Shown piece by piece: positions 49,916 through 62,173 of a stretch of 64,000 nucleotides of DNA. The stretch is from Macrostomum lignano. Taxonomy: Eukaryota. The stretch's first letter is position 1, and every line of letters starts with the position of its first letter. The notes under the pieces are model-generated. The model ran no database searches, was not told the origin of the DNA, and saw only the letters and a list, made by a program, of their open reading frames with translations. The stretch is from positions 124,001-188,000 of the forward strand of contig NIVC01000176.1 in assembly GCA_002269645.1 (NCBI GenBank), read 5' to 3'. A program made the position numbers and the translations under genes.

Positions 49916-52186
49916 CAGTAGTAGTAATAGTAGTAGTAATAGTAGTAGTAGTAGCAGTAGTAGTACTCCAGCTATCTTGGATACCAGATGTCTCATATTA
50001 ACTTCGTGTAACTTGAGCAAGTTCTCAATCTTATTAAACACTTTAAGACCCAAGGCTTTAATTTAATGATCCAATAATTAGTCGTTAACTAAATCTCACC
50101 ATCTTGAATTCTAGCGGCCAAAGCCTCGGCACTGAACCCGGCAAACACAACGGAATGGGCCACACCGATCCTGGCGCAGGCCAGCATGCAGTACACAACT
50201 GGCGGCCCAGTCGGCATGTACAGCACCGCGGTGTCGCCGGCTTGCAGGCCAGACTGCAGCAGCAAGTTGGCAATGCGGCAAACTTCCGCGTGCAGCTGCC
50301 TGCAAATGTCAAAGCGGCAGATTCAGCCAGTCAGTCAGTCAGTCAGCCAGTCAGTCAGTCAGTCAGTCAGTCAGCCAGTCAGTCAGTCAGTCAGTCAGTC
50401 AGTCAGTCAGCCAGTCAGTCAGTCAGTCAGTCAGTCAGTCAGTCAGTCAGTCAGTCAGTCAGTCAGCCAGTCAGTCAGTCAGTCAGTCAGTCAGTCAGTC
50501 AGTCAGTCAGTCAGTCAGTCAGCCAGTCAGTCAGTCAGTCAGTCAGTCAGTCAGTCAGTCAGTCAGTCAGTCAGTCAGCCAGTCAGTCAGTCAGTCAGTC
50601 GGTCAGTCAGAAGTTAAACTACAACTTAAATAGTCTATCAAAGCATTAAAATAATGCAACTAATAAATATGTTTGATAAGCAAGGATCCGTCAATTTAAT
50701 ATATATTGCTATCCTAATAACTGACTAACAGAAATTTGAAATTAAGTCTCTACCTAGCTACACTATCTATCAATTGTGTACCAATCTTACCATATCGAAG
50801 TGGAACCTGTCAATGTATTGTTAGTCAGTGAAACATAACAGATTCCGATAAATTACAAGGCTACATCAATAATGCAAACAAATGAGACTCACTTATAGGT
50901 GATATAAACCTGATTCCCGGGCTCATCTCGCTCCCAGATCAATGCAGTCTGATCAGCCCGTGTAGCAAGATGCCTATCGATGCAGTTGGCTGTGAAATCG
51001 AGAGTGCAATGCACAGTCATGAACATGCACGGACCCATTTTTATGATTTTGGCTAATGCTGATAAAGATATACTAGAATTTCACCGTAGGTACGGATACA
51101 GCTATAGGAAGTCATTAATATGGTTATGGGAACACATATTTTCCATATCTAGCCACTCAATAACTGAGACAAAACACTCAAAGCACCATTGGAGCCCTTG
51201 ATTTCAATGCTAGTCAAGGAAGGTAGCAAGAAGGTAGATGGGGTAGAAATAAATGATCTTTTCCAGATTCATAGCATTTTTGAGGGGAACTCTTAATTCC
51301 CTCTGATGCCACATGCACCTCGTGTGGTTAGGGTGGTGGGGCGAAAGTTAAGATAAATGCCTATTAGTAAGTGATAGGTTAAACTATTTATGATATTATT
51401 TACTTACTTTATCACCATATTATGGGAAGTTATGGGAAATTAATTAGCTATGGGTACAGATATGGGTATGGGAAAATTTAGATATTGGTACAGACATAGA
51501 TATTGGAAAATTCTGGTTACTCCAATGAAATTTCAGTACTTAGGCTAATAATTTTTTGCAGGTAACACAAATAAAATAGAAAAGAAGTGAGCTTAGAACA
51601 ATGTGATGTCATGGTAAAAGTTGCTCAAAGAGTTGCCAAAGAGTCACTTTGAAGCGTTTTATTTTCTGCAACTCTGAGGCCACACAAGTAACTGACTGAC
51701 GCGATGCTTTAACAACTTTGGGACAAGTAGAGTTGAATCTGTGGCATGCTAGACTTGCTGTAGAGAGTCAAATCTCTAGCGAAAGTTAAGCGCCAACACA
51801 ATGATTCTTGGACGACTCATTTGCAATTGTTTGAGTTGTTAAAATGTCACAAGAGTTGCCCCAGAGTCGCTAGTCAATGTGAACTCTAAAGGGTAACTCT
51901 CCTACTCACCACTAGCATTGAGCTTGCCGCCAAGATACCAAGCAATCTTAGCAGACTTCAAGTCACAATCTGAGACAGTATGAAATGGCTGCATCCAATT
52001 TAGTTGCTGTTCTCCAATAAGCTTCCAGAACTGCTCACACTGAGATGAATCGGTGCGCAGGCTAGATTGCAGTTGGTCATAGTTCAGGTTGCTGAAACTG
52101 CCAAGACCTATGAACTTAGTAGTCAGATCTGATAACTGTCTGACTGGCAGCCTGAGTCTGACCAGCTGTAGTGGGTATTTCAGCAT
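46030..52186 (-). CDS. ACSS1: Acetyl-CoA synthetase (ACSS1-like); exons 52186-51910, 50989-50893, 50299-50100, 49181-49006, 48240-47834, 47339-47004 and 46549-46030, about 670 aa
   Basis: Motifs [82 protein letters not shown] and [12 protein letters not shown]. All six introns are GT-AG with compatible phases. The basic N-terminus resembles a mitochondrial transit peptide (ACSS1 versus ACSS2 is inferred). Confidence 0.93.
46600..46975. repeat. Degenerate repeat of about 35 bp (GGGATATTTGGGGATTTAGGGAAGAAT...) in ACSS intron 6
   Basis: Recurrent ATATTTGGGGA cores. Confidence 0.8.
47461..47765 (+). other. Two short degenerate 28S rRNA-like segments (helix 69-71 region), at about 47461-47519 and 47705-47765, in ACSS intron 5
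   Basis: 47705-47729 GTAAACGGCGGGAGTAACTATGACT equals the conserved eukaryotic LSU sequence as recalled. 47743-47765 matches AAATGCCTCGTCATCTAATTAGT at 21/23. The upstream copy is more diverged. This is not a functional rRNA gene. Confidence 0.75.
48245..48905. repeat. About 34-bp minisatellite (GGGGGGTCAGTAATTACTGGGGGTCACATTCTAGA) in ACSS intron 4
   Basis: About 19 G-rich units. Confidence 0.92.
49311..49611 (+). mobile_element. tRNA-derived SINE in ACSS intron 3 (same family as 35547-35840)
   Basis: GGGGTTGTAAGCCTAGTGGTTAGAG (A box), GGTTCGATTTC (B box), CCTTGAGCAAGACAATTAAC, and a shared 3' body CAGCCGTACGCAGCCTTCAGATGCG. Confidence 0.85.
49612..49966. repeat. (GTA)n microsatellite directly at the SINE 3' end
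   Basis: About 118 triplets. Confidence 0.97.
50325..50610. repeat. (CAGT)n microsatellite in ACSS intron 2
   Basis: About 70 tetramers. Confidence 0.97.
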
Positions 52187-53048
52187 TGTAAGACATGCAG
52201 AAAATAAGTTTTAAAAGTTTGCTTAGTTTTTAAGGTCAAGTAGGGTGAAGCTTTTACTGATGTAATATTATTATATCTATAATTGTTTAGATAAAAAAGC
52301 TTTAAAAATATTTTTATAGAAACTGTCTAATAGGCCCATTAGCCATACTCCCTTAATTGTCCTATTTGCAAATATATTACAGCTAAAGTGCTAATAAGTA
52401 AATGGTATATAATTTCATTATTAGGCCTGGCCTAGGCTAAATATAATAAAATTGAGGAATTTAATTATACTTTGATGGAACTAAAATGATAGGCCTATCC
52501 ACAAATAAGATAAGCATTTCAAAAGTAAAATGAAAAAAGATTAAAACTTATAATACTAGACAATGAACTCTAGGCCCTAGGGCCTATCTAAATGAATAGT
52601 TTGACAAACTAATGCTTAACTAAAAATTCAAATAATTCACCTTAGCTAATACCATAGTGTCAATTAGGCTAAATATACTATAGCAATTATTTTATATAAT
52701 TTTAGATAATAATTCTTTTTTGTTACTAGGGACTCTAGTAAGATTTAATTTTATCATTTATCTATAATTGATAAACCTATAAAGATAGCAAAATATCTTG
52801 CTTTAGCTTATAACAATATCTAAAAAAGTCTGTCTTAGGCCTAAAATGCATAGGCTTAAAAAGATTGCATCACAATACTTTTGCTATTTTTTATGATACA
52901 GATAGGGTCTTTAATTTTTTTATCCTTTGAATAAATAGTTGCTAACTGCCTTAGTTAATTTGGAAGGCAACATGTATATCCAGATTTCCTTGTATATAAT
53001 AAGGGTTCTTGCCATTTTTGAACATACATCAATGTATATCCTGGCATA

Positions 53049-54352
53049 TACGAGGGGTGTTCAAAAAGTTTTGTCATTTGGCTATATCATATAATCTTTT
53101 CATGAAACTTTTTTGGTTTAGAATAGTACTTTTATATAGAGTCTCTATGGCAGATGTTCAACCTTTAATCAGTTTTTGAAGTCATTTTTTAGCAATAACT
53201 CAAAGCACCCCTGCATTTTCAGCAAAATAAAGAAACAGGAGCATCAAGCTTTCTCATTAATTTTTTTACCTTAAAAGGATTAAAGCCACTAGCAATCAAA
53301 GCAGAGATCAAGTCTGTGTACCCCAAAACTTGGCTCTTTCTCTGCACAATTGAAAGGCACTAAACTGAATTTAAGCAAGGCAAGATAACCTTCAAAGATG
53401 ACTCCTAGAGTGGGCAGGCGCCCTGTTACTAGCGCCAACTAGGCCCCTAGGAGAAAGTTGATCTGCAGTTGCTAAGCTCCTAGATAAAGATTGGCAAATT
53501 TGAGTTGCTAGCATTGCACACATTGTTAGTAATTGGCTTAGGGAGATCTTGCACTAAATCCTTGGATACAACAAGGTCACTGCCTGTTGGGTGCCCCGAA
53601 TGCTTTCGCAGGACCACAAGCTAAATTGGGTGAAATCTAGCTGCTTCATGCTTGATTTGTACAACATGGACCCAAATTGATTTGAGCAATGAATCATAAC
53701 AAGGGATGAGTGCTGGCTATACCACTATGACCCTAAGTCTAAGCATGACTCTATGCAGTGGCGCCACCCAGGAGAAGGTGCCCCTGCAAGTTCAAGCAAG
53801 TGAATAGCTGACAAGGTCTTGGGCTGCTTCTTCTGGGATTATCAGGGGATGCTGCTTGCTGAATATCTGCCAATGGGACACACTGTGATGTGTGCAATAT
53901 GCTAAACAGCTAGGCTGATTTTGTCAAGCAATTATCAAGAAGTGACAAGGCAAATTGAGTGCTCACCATCTGCTGCTTTATGACAATGCCCCTGCTCTAT
54001 ACAGGACAAGTTGCAGTGAATGCTACTACCATTGCAGGATTCAAAATTCTTCACTATCCTACCTATTCCTTTTAGACCTGGCCCGTTTAGATTTCTACTT
54101 GTTCTGCCAGCTGAAGAAGCCACTCTGAAGGCACCATTTTGAGTTCAATAAGGAGGTCATCACCCTTGTGAACCAGTAGCTAGAAGACCAGATGGCAACC
54201 TTCTATACTAGTGGCATGGCATCCAAGAGCTGCGCAACCATTAGTAGAAGTGTATTGATTGCCAAGGAGATTATGTTGAAAATTATGTAGCCTTGTCTCA
54301 AATTTTTTTGTTTAGATATACAAACAACAAAACTTTTTTATTATCTTTCATA
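53049..54352 (+). mobile_element. Old mariner (Tc1/mariner) copy, about 1.3 kb, heavily mutated
   Basis: Left TIR TA|CGAGGGGTGTTCAAAAAGTTTTGT; degenerate right [29 protein letters not shown]. Transposase motifs WVPRMLSQDHK, IITRDECWLYHYDP, FFWDYQG and PYS..DLAP..DFYLF, with stops and frameshifts. Confidence 0.8.
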
Positions 54353-54987
54353 TTGTATGATATGACATACATGATATATATATATATAGGCCTATATATA
54401 TAACATATATAGCCATTATAGGCCTATATATATGATGTGCCTTAAAATTCATTAGGCCTATACAAATACAAAAAAGCATACAACTGGTGTATACAATAAA
54501 AACATTTTTTAGTCCCATCATACAAACAAGTTCTTATACTTTTTCCCAATGTATACTAATACATGATCCATCCAAACTACATCTGTGTCTATGACTCGAT
54601 ACTCCCAGTACCAGAACCAGTACTAAAAAATAAAATACAAAATACAAGTAAAAAACGAAAAATAACCAAGAAAATTGTCTAAAATAGTAAAAAATCAACT
54701 CTAGCAATTATTATAAGCGTTACCACGTACAGCGTTCAACATATTTCGTTTCAGCGAATTACATTAGCTACAGCATTACAAGTTAATGCCTAGTATTAAA
54801 ATGCCAATTTAAAAACTAAAAGTAAAACACCGAAATCAAACATTCTAGCTAATAAAACCTTGAAACAAATATAAATAAAACTAAAAAACCTATCAACAAT
54901 TGTTGGTAATGCCATCGATACAATATAAATATACCAAAAAACTGTACATGTAATATGTTCATTTAATGTAAATTTTAACACAAAAAT

Positions 54988-55315
54988 TACTTTAGTGTAC
55001 TTCGGCAGGAACCATTGTGAGTACGAAGCTGAAAACTGAGATCTAGAAGGAAACATTATCAATCTAGAAGCCTACAAGACGCCAAGGCTCCAGCCTCCAT
55101 CTGTTCCCTACTCGAACTTACAGACTCCCAAGTCCCCCCTGCTCAGTACACTCAGCTGCAGAAAGTACTTTAGTGTACTTCGGCAGGAACCATTGTGAGT
55201 ACGAAGCTGAAAACTGAGATCTGGAAGGAAACATTATCAATCTAGAAGCCTACAAGACGCCAAGACTCCATCTGTTCCATACTCGAACTTACAGACTCTT
55301 GAATGCCCCCCTCAG
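54988..55315. repeat. Tandem duplication of a unit of about 178 bp
   Basis: TACTTTAGTGTACTTCGGCAGGAACCATTGTGAG... starts at both 54988 and 55166. Confidence 0.9.
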
Positions 55316-55934
55316 TCTATTATCCCCTCTCAGACGGCAGGGCGCTGTGTGTTGCTTCTGTTGCGGCACTGCCATTTGCGACTTTAATTGTTAAAGCTTG
55401 GAATTACTTGTTGTACTATAATAGATAATAGGTCTTTGTACGAAGCTGTCGCTTTTGTTTATTTTGTTTGATGTGCCTTTTGTCAGACGTTTTCGGTGTC
55501 TTTTATTGTAATACTTTTATCTTTCGTCTGATGCTGTCAATGTGCTCTGTGCTGTCTTCTGTCTGTTTTTATTCCCTCTTAGTCCCTGTTCGCCGCATTA
55601 AACCCCGTCTGTAAGCCTCCAATTCTTATGTGGTTAGTCTCATGGTATCAAAGAGCTTTACGCTTAGATCTGCCCGATTGAATGGATCGTCCAATAAGGA
55701 TGCTTCTGCTTAATTCCATGGACGACGATTCCCCATGACGAAAGTCTTAGAAAGTCCTTTCGCTGCCCATATGGTGCTTGCGGGCAAATACTTGCAAAAA
55801 TCTCAGCAAAAATAGTTTAGAAAATCGTCGAATTGTATGGCTATTCTACCAAAGGAAGATCGTTGGAGGTAAGTCAACTATCCCGACTAAATCTAGTAAC
55901 AAATTTTCTATTCCAAATGATAGGAGAAAAGCTT

Positions 55935-56492
55935 CTTTTGTTGCTGGGAGGAGTGCTGCTTCTGTTGCTGCGAGGAGTGATGCTTCTGTTGCTGGGAGGA
56001 GTGCTGCTTCTGTTGCTGCGAGGAGTGCTGCTTCTGTTGCTGCGAGGAGTGATGCTTCTGTTGCTGGGAGGAGTGCTGCTTCTGTTGCTGGGAGGGGTGC
56101 TGCTTCTGTTGCTGGGAGGAGTGCTGCTTCTGTTGCTGGGAGGGGTGCTGCTTCTGTTGCTGGGAGGAGTGATGCTTCTGTTGCTGGGAGGAGTGCTGCT
56201 TCTGTTGCTGGGAGGGGTGCTGCTTCTGTTGCTGGGAGGAGTGCTGCTTCTGTTGCTGGGAGGGGTGCTGCTTCTGTTGCTGGGAGGAGTGATGCTTCTG
56301 TTGCTGGGAGGGGTGCTGCTTCTGTTGCTGGGAGGAGTGATGCTTCTGTTGCTGGGAGGAGTGCTGCTTCTGTTGCTGGGAGGAGTGCTGCTTCTGTTGC
56401 TGGGAGGGGTGCTGCTTCTGTTGCTGGGAGGAGTGCTGCTTCTGTTGCTGGGAGGGGTGCTGCTTCTGTTGCTGGGAGGGGTGCTGCTTCTG
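55935..56492. repeat. 24-bp minisatellite (GCTGCTTCTGTTGCTGGGAGGAGT)
   Basis: About 23 units; produces spurious AASVAGRS and poly-Leu ORFs. Confidence 0.95.
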
Positions 56493-57339
56493 CATGGTAC
56501 TGGGAGTATAGACGTTGTTTTGTGGTTCTATTTATACGATGGTTTATCTGGACCCCAAATTAATTCTGCCTTATCTTTCTCCCGGACCAATAGGATCCTC
56601 TCGGGATGGGGTGGGTGAATGGGGGACTGCACATCAGGGAAGGGCCTGGCCTTAGCCCGTACATCTTCCATTCTTCAGTTTTGATCTGCTCGCCATGATT
56701 GTATGTGGTTTAGCTGGACCTTAACTTTATTGAACCTTAAGAACCAGTAAAATCATTTGGGGAAGGGTTAAGGGTCGGTTTGATGGAGTGGAGAGTTGGG
56801 TTTTAGCACAAACCATCAGTCATGTTGCCCTATGTAGATATATACTCATATTTATATAGCATGTATACATCAATATACATATCTCGTTGACAGGATACGG
56901 AGTGCCTTATTCACAATCTTAGTTTCCGCTGTTCTCTTGTTTGAATAGATGATTAAAGTTTATGAAGGACACCATTTGAATCAGGGGTTAATGCTGATCC
57001 CCTATTTGACGCCAGCATGGCTAACAGCAACACATATTTCTAACTAAACATAAATCCTGCTGTTCCATTGACCTATATTGGTTCTATAACATAAAAATAC
57101 TTTTGTCCCGTTCTATTTCCAAAGCATTATATCACAAAAACAATTTAATAAAACTTTATTTGACTTACAAAGTAAAAAGAGAGGCCAAGGGTCAAAGCAA
57201 ACACCCATCAAAGCACCCATAAGAGGAGAGGAGAGGAGAGAGAAGATAAGGAGAAGAGAAGGAGAGAAGAGAAACGTGAAGAGAGAGGAGATTCGAAAAG
57301 AGAGCTGAGAAGAGACTCGAACCCTGAGCGAGCCGGATT

Positions 57340-57429
57340 GCAATTGTGGCGTTTCAAAGGACCCGAGGGCCGGACAGAGAAGCTTCGCGGGCCGCATGTG
57401 GCCTGTGGGCCGGAGTTTGCCGACCCCTG
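57340..57429. mobile_element. One terminus of a hAT/Charlie-type DNA transposon
   Basis: GGGCCGCATGTGGCCTGTGGGCCGGAGTTTGCCGACCCCTG reads CAGGGGTCGGCAAACTCCGGCCC... on the minus strand, the typical Charlie-like end. The partner terminus was not found. Confidence 0.6.
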
Positions 57430-58549
57430 TTGTAGCAGAATCCAACAAGCCACGATATGTAACTGTTGTTCTCCAGACCGTCGGCTTCTTGGCCGGGATC
57501 ATTGTCCTGAGCGTGGTCATCCTGGTGTCGACAGTCACAAGCAACAAGTCAATGCCCAAATTCAGCAGAAATGCAATCAAAGAGAAAACTATCAATCAAT
57601 GCGGCAACAGCAAAAATTAAGCGGCTAACAGATTCTCTTGGTCTGTCAATCGCTGTCAAAAGCAGGTCGGATTGCTATTTTGAAATTTTAATAGTAGCTA
57701 CTTCTGAGTTGGCTAGACTTATATCGCGATGTATAATGTTGTTTGTACATAGTGTAGAGTGTGCACAATATCAGTAGCTGCAGGGCTGAGGGCACCCTGG
57801 CTCAACGCTTTAAAGCGACATCGCCCCACAAACAGAGCCGTTTCGGAATTCCGGCCATTCCGATTCCGCTGACTCGTGAGTGCATTTAGGCCTGCGGATT
57901 CTGTACGCACCCATAAACACACGCTCACACAGGGTGTACAGCGGCCCTGACTTTCTAATCGTCAGGCATGTACACTTTCTGTGCCTTTGGGACTGGCCCT
58001 GTCGAAGTTGACAATTAACTAACGAGTTTGTTGAAAAACGATTAGCGGGGAAGAAAACAGAAGGAAGCAGAAGAAGTGAAGTGCTCAAGCCCTGAGTCAA
58101 TCTTGTATTTATACTGCAACATAACGAACAGGCTAGCTGAAATGTCTATGGTAAATTAACGGTTGGGATTGTCTGTGGGGACAAGCATGGTAGACGAAGG
58201 GAGTCGGCTAACTGAAAAACACGAGGCTGAATTGCAAAACAGAAAGTACAAATATTTGGAGGATTGCGAATCCGACAGGCCCTCATGGGTGAGTCGCACG
58301 AAAACCCCCTGGCACATTTTGCACAAGCCCCAAGTGACTGCGGCCACGCACGGAATCGAGCTAGGGGCCGGGACGTGAGAGTCAGACGCAGAGTCAGACA
58401 GCCAGAGAGTTTAACGCTGAGCTGCTCTGCCCCAGGTAAGGAGTGTTTAGAATAATTCAAAGCAAAAAGAACCGGTTCTGAGTCAGCTTTCCAGCCTGAG
58501 ATATCAGTACCCCCTTTGATCCTTGGCTTCTCAGCGACCCGCATGAGCC

Positions 58550-59128
<579 letters not shown>

Positions 59129-59294
59129 AATCCGCAGACTTAAATGCGCTCACAAGTCAGCGGAATGGCCGGAATTCCGAAACAGCTCCGCTTGTGGGAC
59201 GATGTCGCTTTAAAGCGTTGAGTCAGGGTGCCCTCAGCCCTGCTGCAGTTACGGATATTGTGGACACTCTACACTTTGTACACGCAACATTATA

Positions 59295-62173
59295 CTTCGG
59301 CTGTCCGGAAAGTCGTGAGAATGTATTTAAAAAACCAGTCAGAACTATCAGAAAATACGGTAGCAGTACTAGTTGGTAATGTAATCTCCCCTTGCGTTGA
59401 TTACAGCTTGGCAATGGTCAACGAGTCGCTGAACCTCTCTTTTCAAGCAATCTTTGTCAAGGCCTCTTGCCCATTGCAACGCAGCTTCTCGAACTTCATT
59501 GTGGTCGCTGAACACTCGCCTGGAGGAATCAGTTTTCTGATGTAACCACGTTACGTTCGCGGGATCGTGTGGGAAATTTTTCAAAAGTTTAAAAAGGTAA
59601 AACCTCCGATCTACCTCCGACCTACTGGTTCCACCTTTTTGTCACGTTTCAGCCCGTTTTTCTTGTGCTGTCCCTCCTCATCTCGTGCGTACTTACAGTA
59701 TTGCCTGTGCTCACCATCGCCCTTATCCTTTTAGACTCCCAAACGGTGACGCAAGGCCTCTGACCCCTCCCTCACCCCGATGACTCATCACCCCCTCTTG
59801 CGCAACCTTTTCTCATGCTATTGTTCTCTTCTCAAGATTTCTCATGTGACACCCACCCCTCCTCCGCTTCTATTGTTCTCGTTTTTTATTCTTTTGTTCT
59901 CGTTTTCGCACCTAATTATCACATTTTCTCCAATGTTTACTTTTCTATTGTTCTCGGTTCTCCCCAATTATCCCCGTTCTCCATTTCCTTTGTTCTCGGT
60001 CCGGATCCCATTGTTCTCAATGTTTGCTTGCGCAACCCTTCTTCGTCATTCTGACGTCATTTTCCCGGCAGCCAATCAGAGAGAGGGAGTCATGGAAACG
60101 ACCTTGTAGCGGCGACCGTAAGGACTATTTAAGGAAGCAATTTTCGGCTTGAGAACTGGTACAAGTCTTGGTACTTCTCCCTCTTTTGGGTCTCGGTACT
60201 TCCGAGAGCGTTCCTTCTCGTCCTATCTCTGGACTTGCCGTCAGACGCCGGTCTGACCCTCCCTTCGTCTATAGGACGCCTAATTGCCTGTTTATTTCGC
60301 CTTAGGGCCTAATTGTTAACGATTACTAAACACCTCATTTTTCACACCTTCACCATCATTTTACTCCTGGCTTGCTAAAGCCTTTCTCTCTGGGTGACAA
60401 AGCATAAGAAAGTTTGGGTAAGCTAATGGGTGCTGTTTGTGCGTGCTGCGGGTTCGTGTGTGCGTGCCGTAGAGGGAGGTAGCGGTTCTTGGCACAGAAT
60501 GGCAGCAGGAAGTTTGCAACACCCTGCTTACGCGTCCCTTCGCCCTGAGCAATCTAAACTATAGCTAGCACATGTTCACCTCACACTACTCTTAGTAATT
60601 GAAGCCGCAAGTCCGCCTCATTCACAGCCACAAAGGACCCCCTGCTGAGAAATCCTCCAGTGATCCCAGAGTTTCCCGAATATGCCCCAAGCAGAGTCCC
60701 TGTACTCGGCTGCATGCGTCTCCTCTGTCAGCCTAAATCCCCTGGTAACCAATCCAGGCGGGGCTCTAACCTCGAAAGGTCTGGTCGTAAGATCCAGGTG
60801 CGCCAGGTCACATAGAGTGGTCACATACACTGTGACCGAGTGACCAATCATTGCACCTTGGCTACAGGTGGGGTCCATGTGGGTCCTTGGCCCTCTGGTC
60901 ACGAAAGCGCTACCAAAGCTATCAATCATGTGGGCGGGACAGTCTGGTGCTGGAGGTCCGTCAGGTCATTGCCCGGTCATAGGCAGCCTACGGTCATTGC
61001 CCCCTATGGTCATACGCTCTCCTCCCCGCGGAGCAGACGGTCACGGTCATCAAGGGCGGTTACATCACTTCATCCAACTGAACAAAAAACGGTCGCACAG
61101 ATTGAAGTCTGGGCTGTAAGGACTCTGAAACACCAGCTGAACTCCACGGACTCCATGTGCTGCTGCACAGACGAGCCACGTGAGGTCGTGCATTGTCCCA
61201 CTGCATCCGACAGATGAATTGGCTTTGACCTGAGAGTACGCCATAGGTCTCCCGTGTGCCGAATGAACTCAACTATGCCATTTGCATCAACAGTTTGCTT
61301 TGGGGCTGTGGATTCAATGGAGAAGCGCTTGTTTGGAGTAAAAGCAACCAGAAGCATTGTCTTTGCATTGCCGACTGAGTGCTTGACAACCTGGGGCCAA
61401 TGATCCCCTTGGCCAAGCCAGCACCTGTTGTTTTGCTTTGTACCAGTGTTGTTCAGGTACACTAGCGTCTCATCCTCCACCGCGTACTTGTCGCAAAAGT
61501 TTTCCATGCCCTCGTTGTAAAAAAGCCTGCGAATTTGCTTGGCACAATTGATGTAAGCAGTCTTCTTCTCCTCGGATAGAGCATGCGGAACCCAGATGGC
61601 AGAAACGTTTCGAAGGTGCAAATCCTCGGTCAAAATTTCGTGCACTGTTGTTTTTCCAACTTCCAAAAAGTCAGCGAGGTCTCGGACACTAACTTTTGGA
61701 TCCTCTTCAACAAGAGCTCGACAGGTTTCGATCAGTTCCGCTGTCCTTGTTGACCGTGGCCCGTCAGTCCGAGGAGCTGAGACCAGGGGAAATGCTTCGT
61801 CACGAAACTTTGAATACAATCTGTAAACCGTTGACTGACCTGGTGCAACATCTCCATAAACTTTGATCAGCTCATCATGACAGCTGATAGCGGAGATCCC
61901 AAGACGGTATCTAGCATAGGCATAAGCCTGAAGTCTTCCATTTTGAAGAACTCGCTGTCAAAATTTTCAAGCTTGATCACCGCGTTGCATTTGCTATTGA
62001 GCACTTTATACTGAGCTCGCCCCTGCCCCCAATTTCGCTACTAGAATAACAATCATTTTCACCATAGACATACGTATGTGAGTCTATTATTGAAATTTTA
62101 TGTGTGTCACGTCAACAGCTTGCTGATTTATTGCTTGATTCACACATTCTCACGACTTTCCGGGCAGCCGAAG
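59295..62173 (-). mobile_element. Mariner element (D,D34D), about 1345 bp net, interrupted by a solo LTR
   Basis: 30-bp TIRs (CTTCGGCTGTCCGGAAAGTCGTGAGAATGT, one mismatch) and TA on both sides. Transposase from ATG 61941: WVPHAL, VEDETL, WDNARPH, PYSPDFNLCD, ending RGDYITN at 59369. Restoring two 1-nt deletions gives 34 residues between the last two Asp. Confidence 0.92.
59538..61067. mobile_element. 1530-bp solo LTR-like insertion within the mariner transposase
   Basis: Termini TGATGTAACC...GGTTACATCA (10-bp inverted, TG...CA). Flanks TTTC/CTTC form a 4-bp TSD with one mismatch. Removing it restores WMK-TDSSRRVFS in frame. Confidence 0.8.

Noticed and set aside
49543-50649. Poly-Val/Ser/Leu and SQSV ORFs
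   Set aside because: Translations of (GTA)n and (CAGT)n microsatellites in ACSS introns.
55778-56618. 261-aa ORFs (AASVAGRS repeats, poly-Leu)
   Set aside because: Open in several frames because of a 24-bp array; no independent coding evidence.
57940-57990. Hammerhead ribozyme in the dispersed motif (minus strand CTGACGA...GAAA)
   Set aside because: Only 3 nt separate CTGACGA from GAAA, no consistent stem I/III or UH cleavage triplet is shared by the copies, and a CTGAC/GTCAG hairpin competes.
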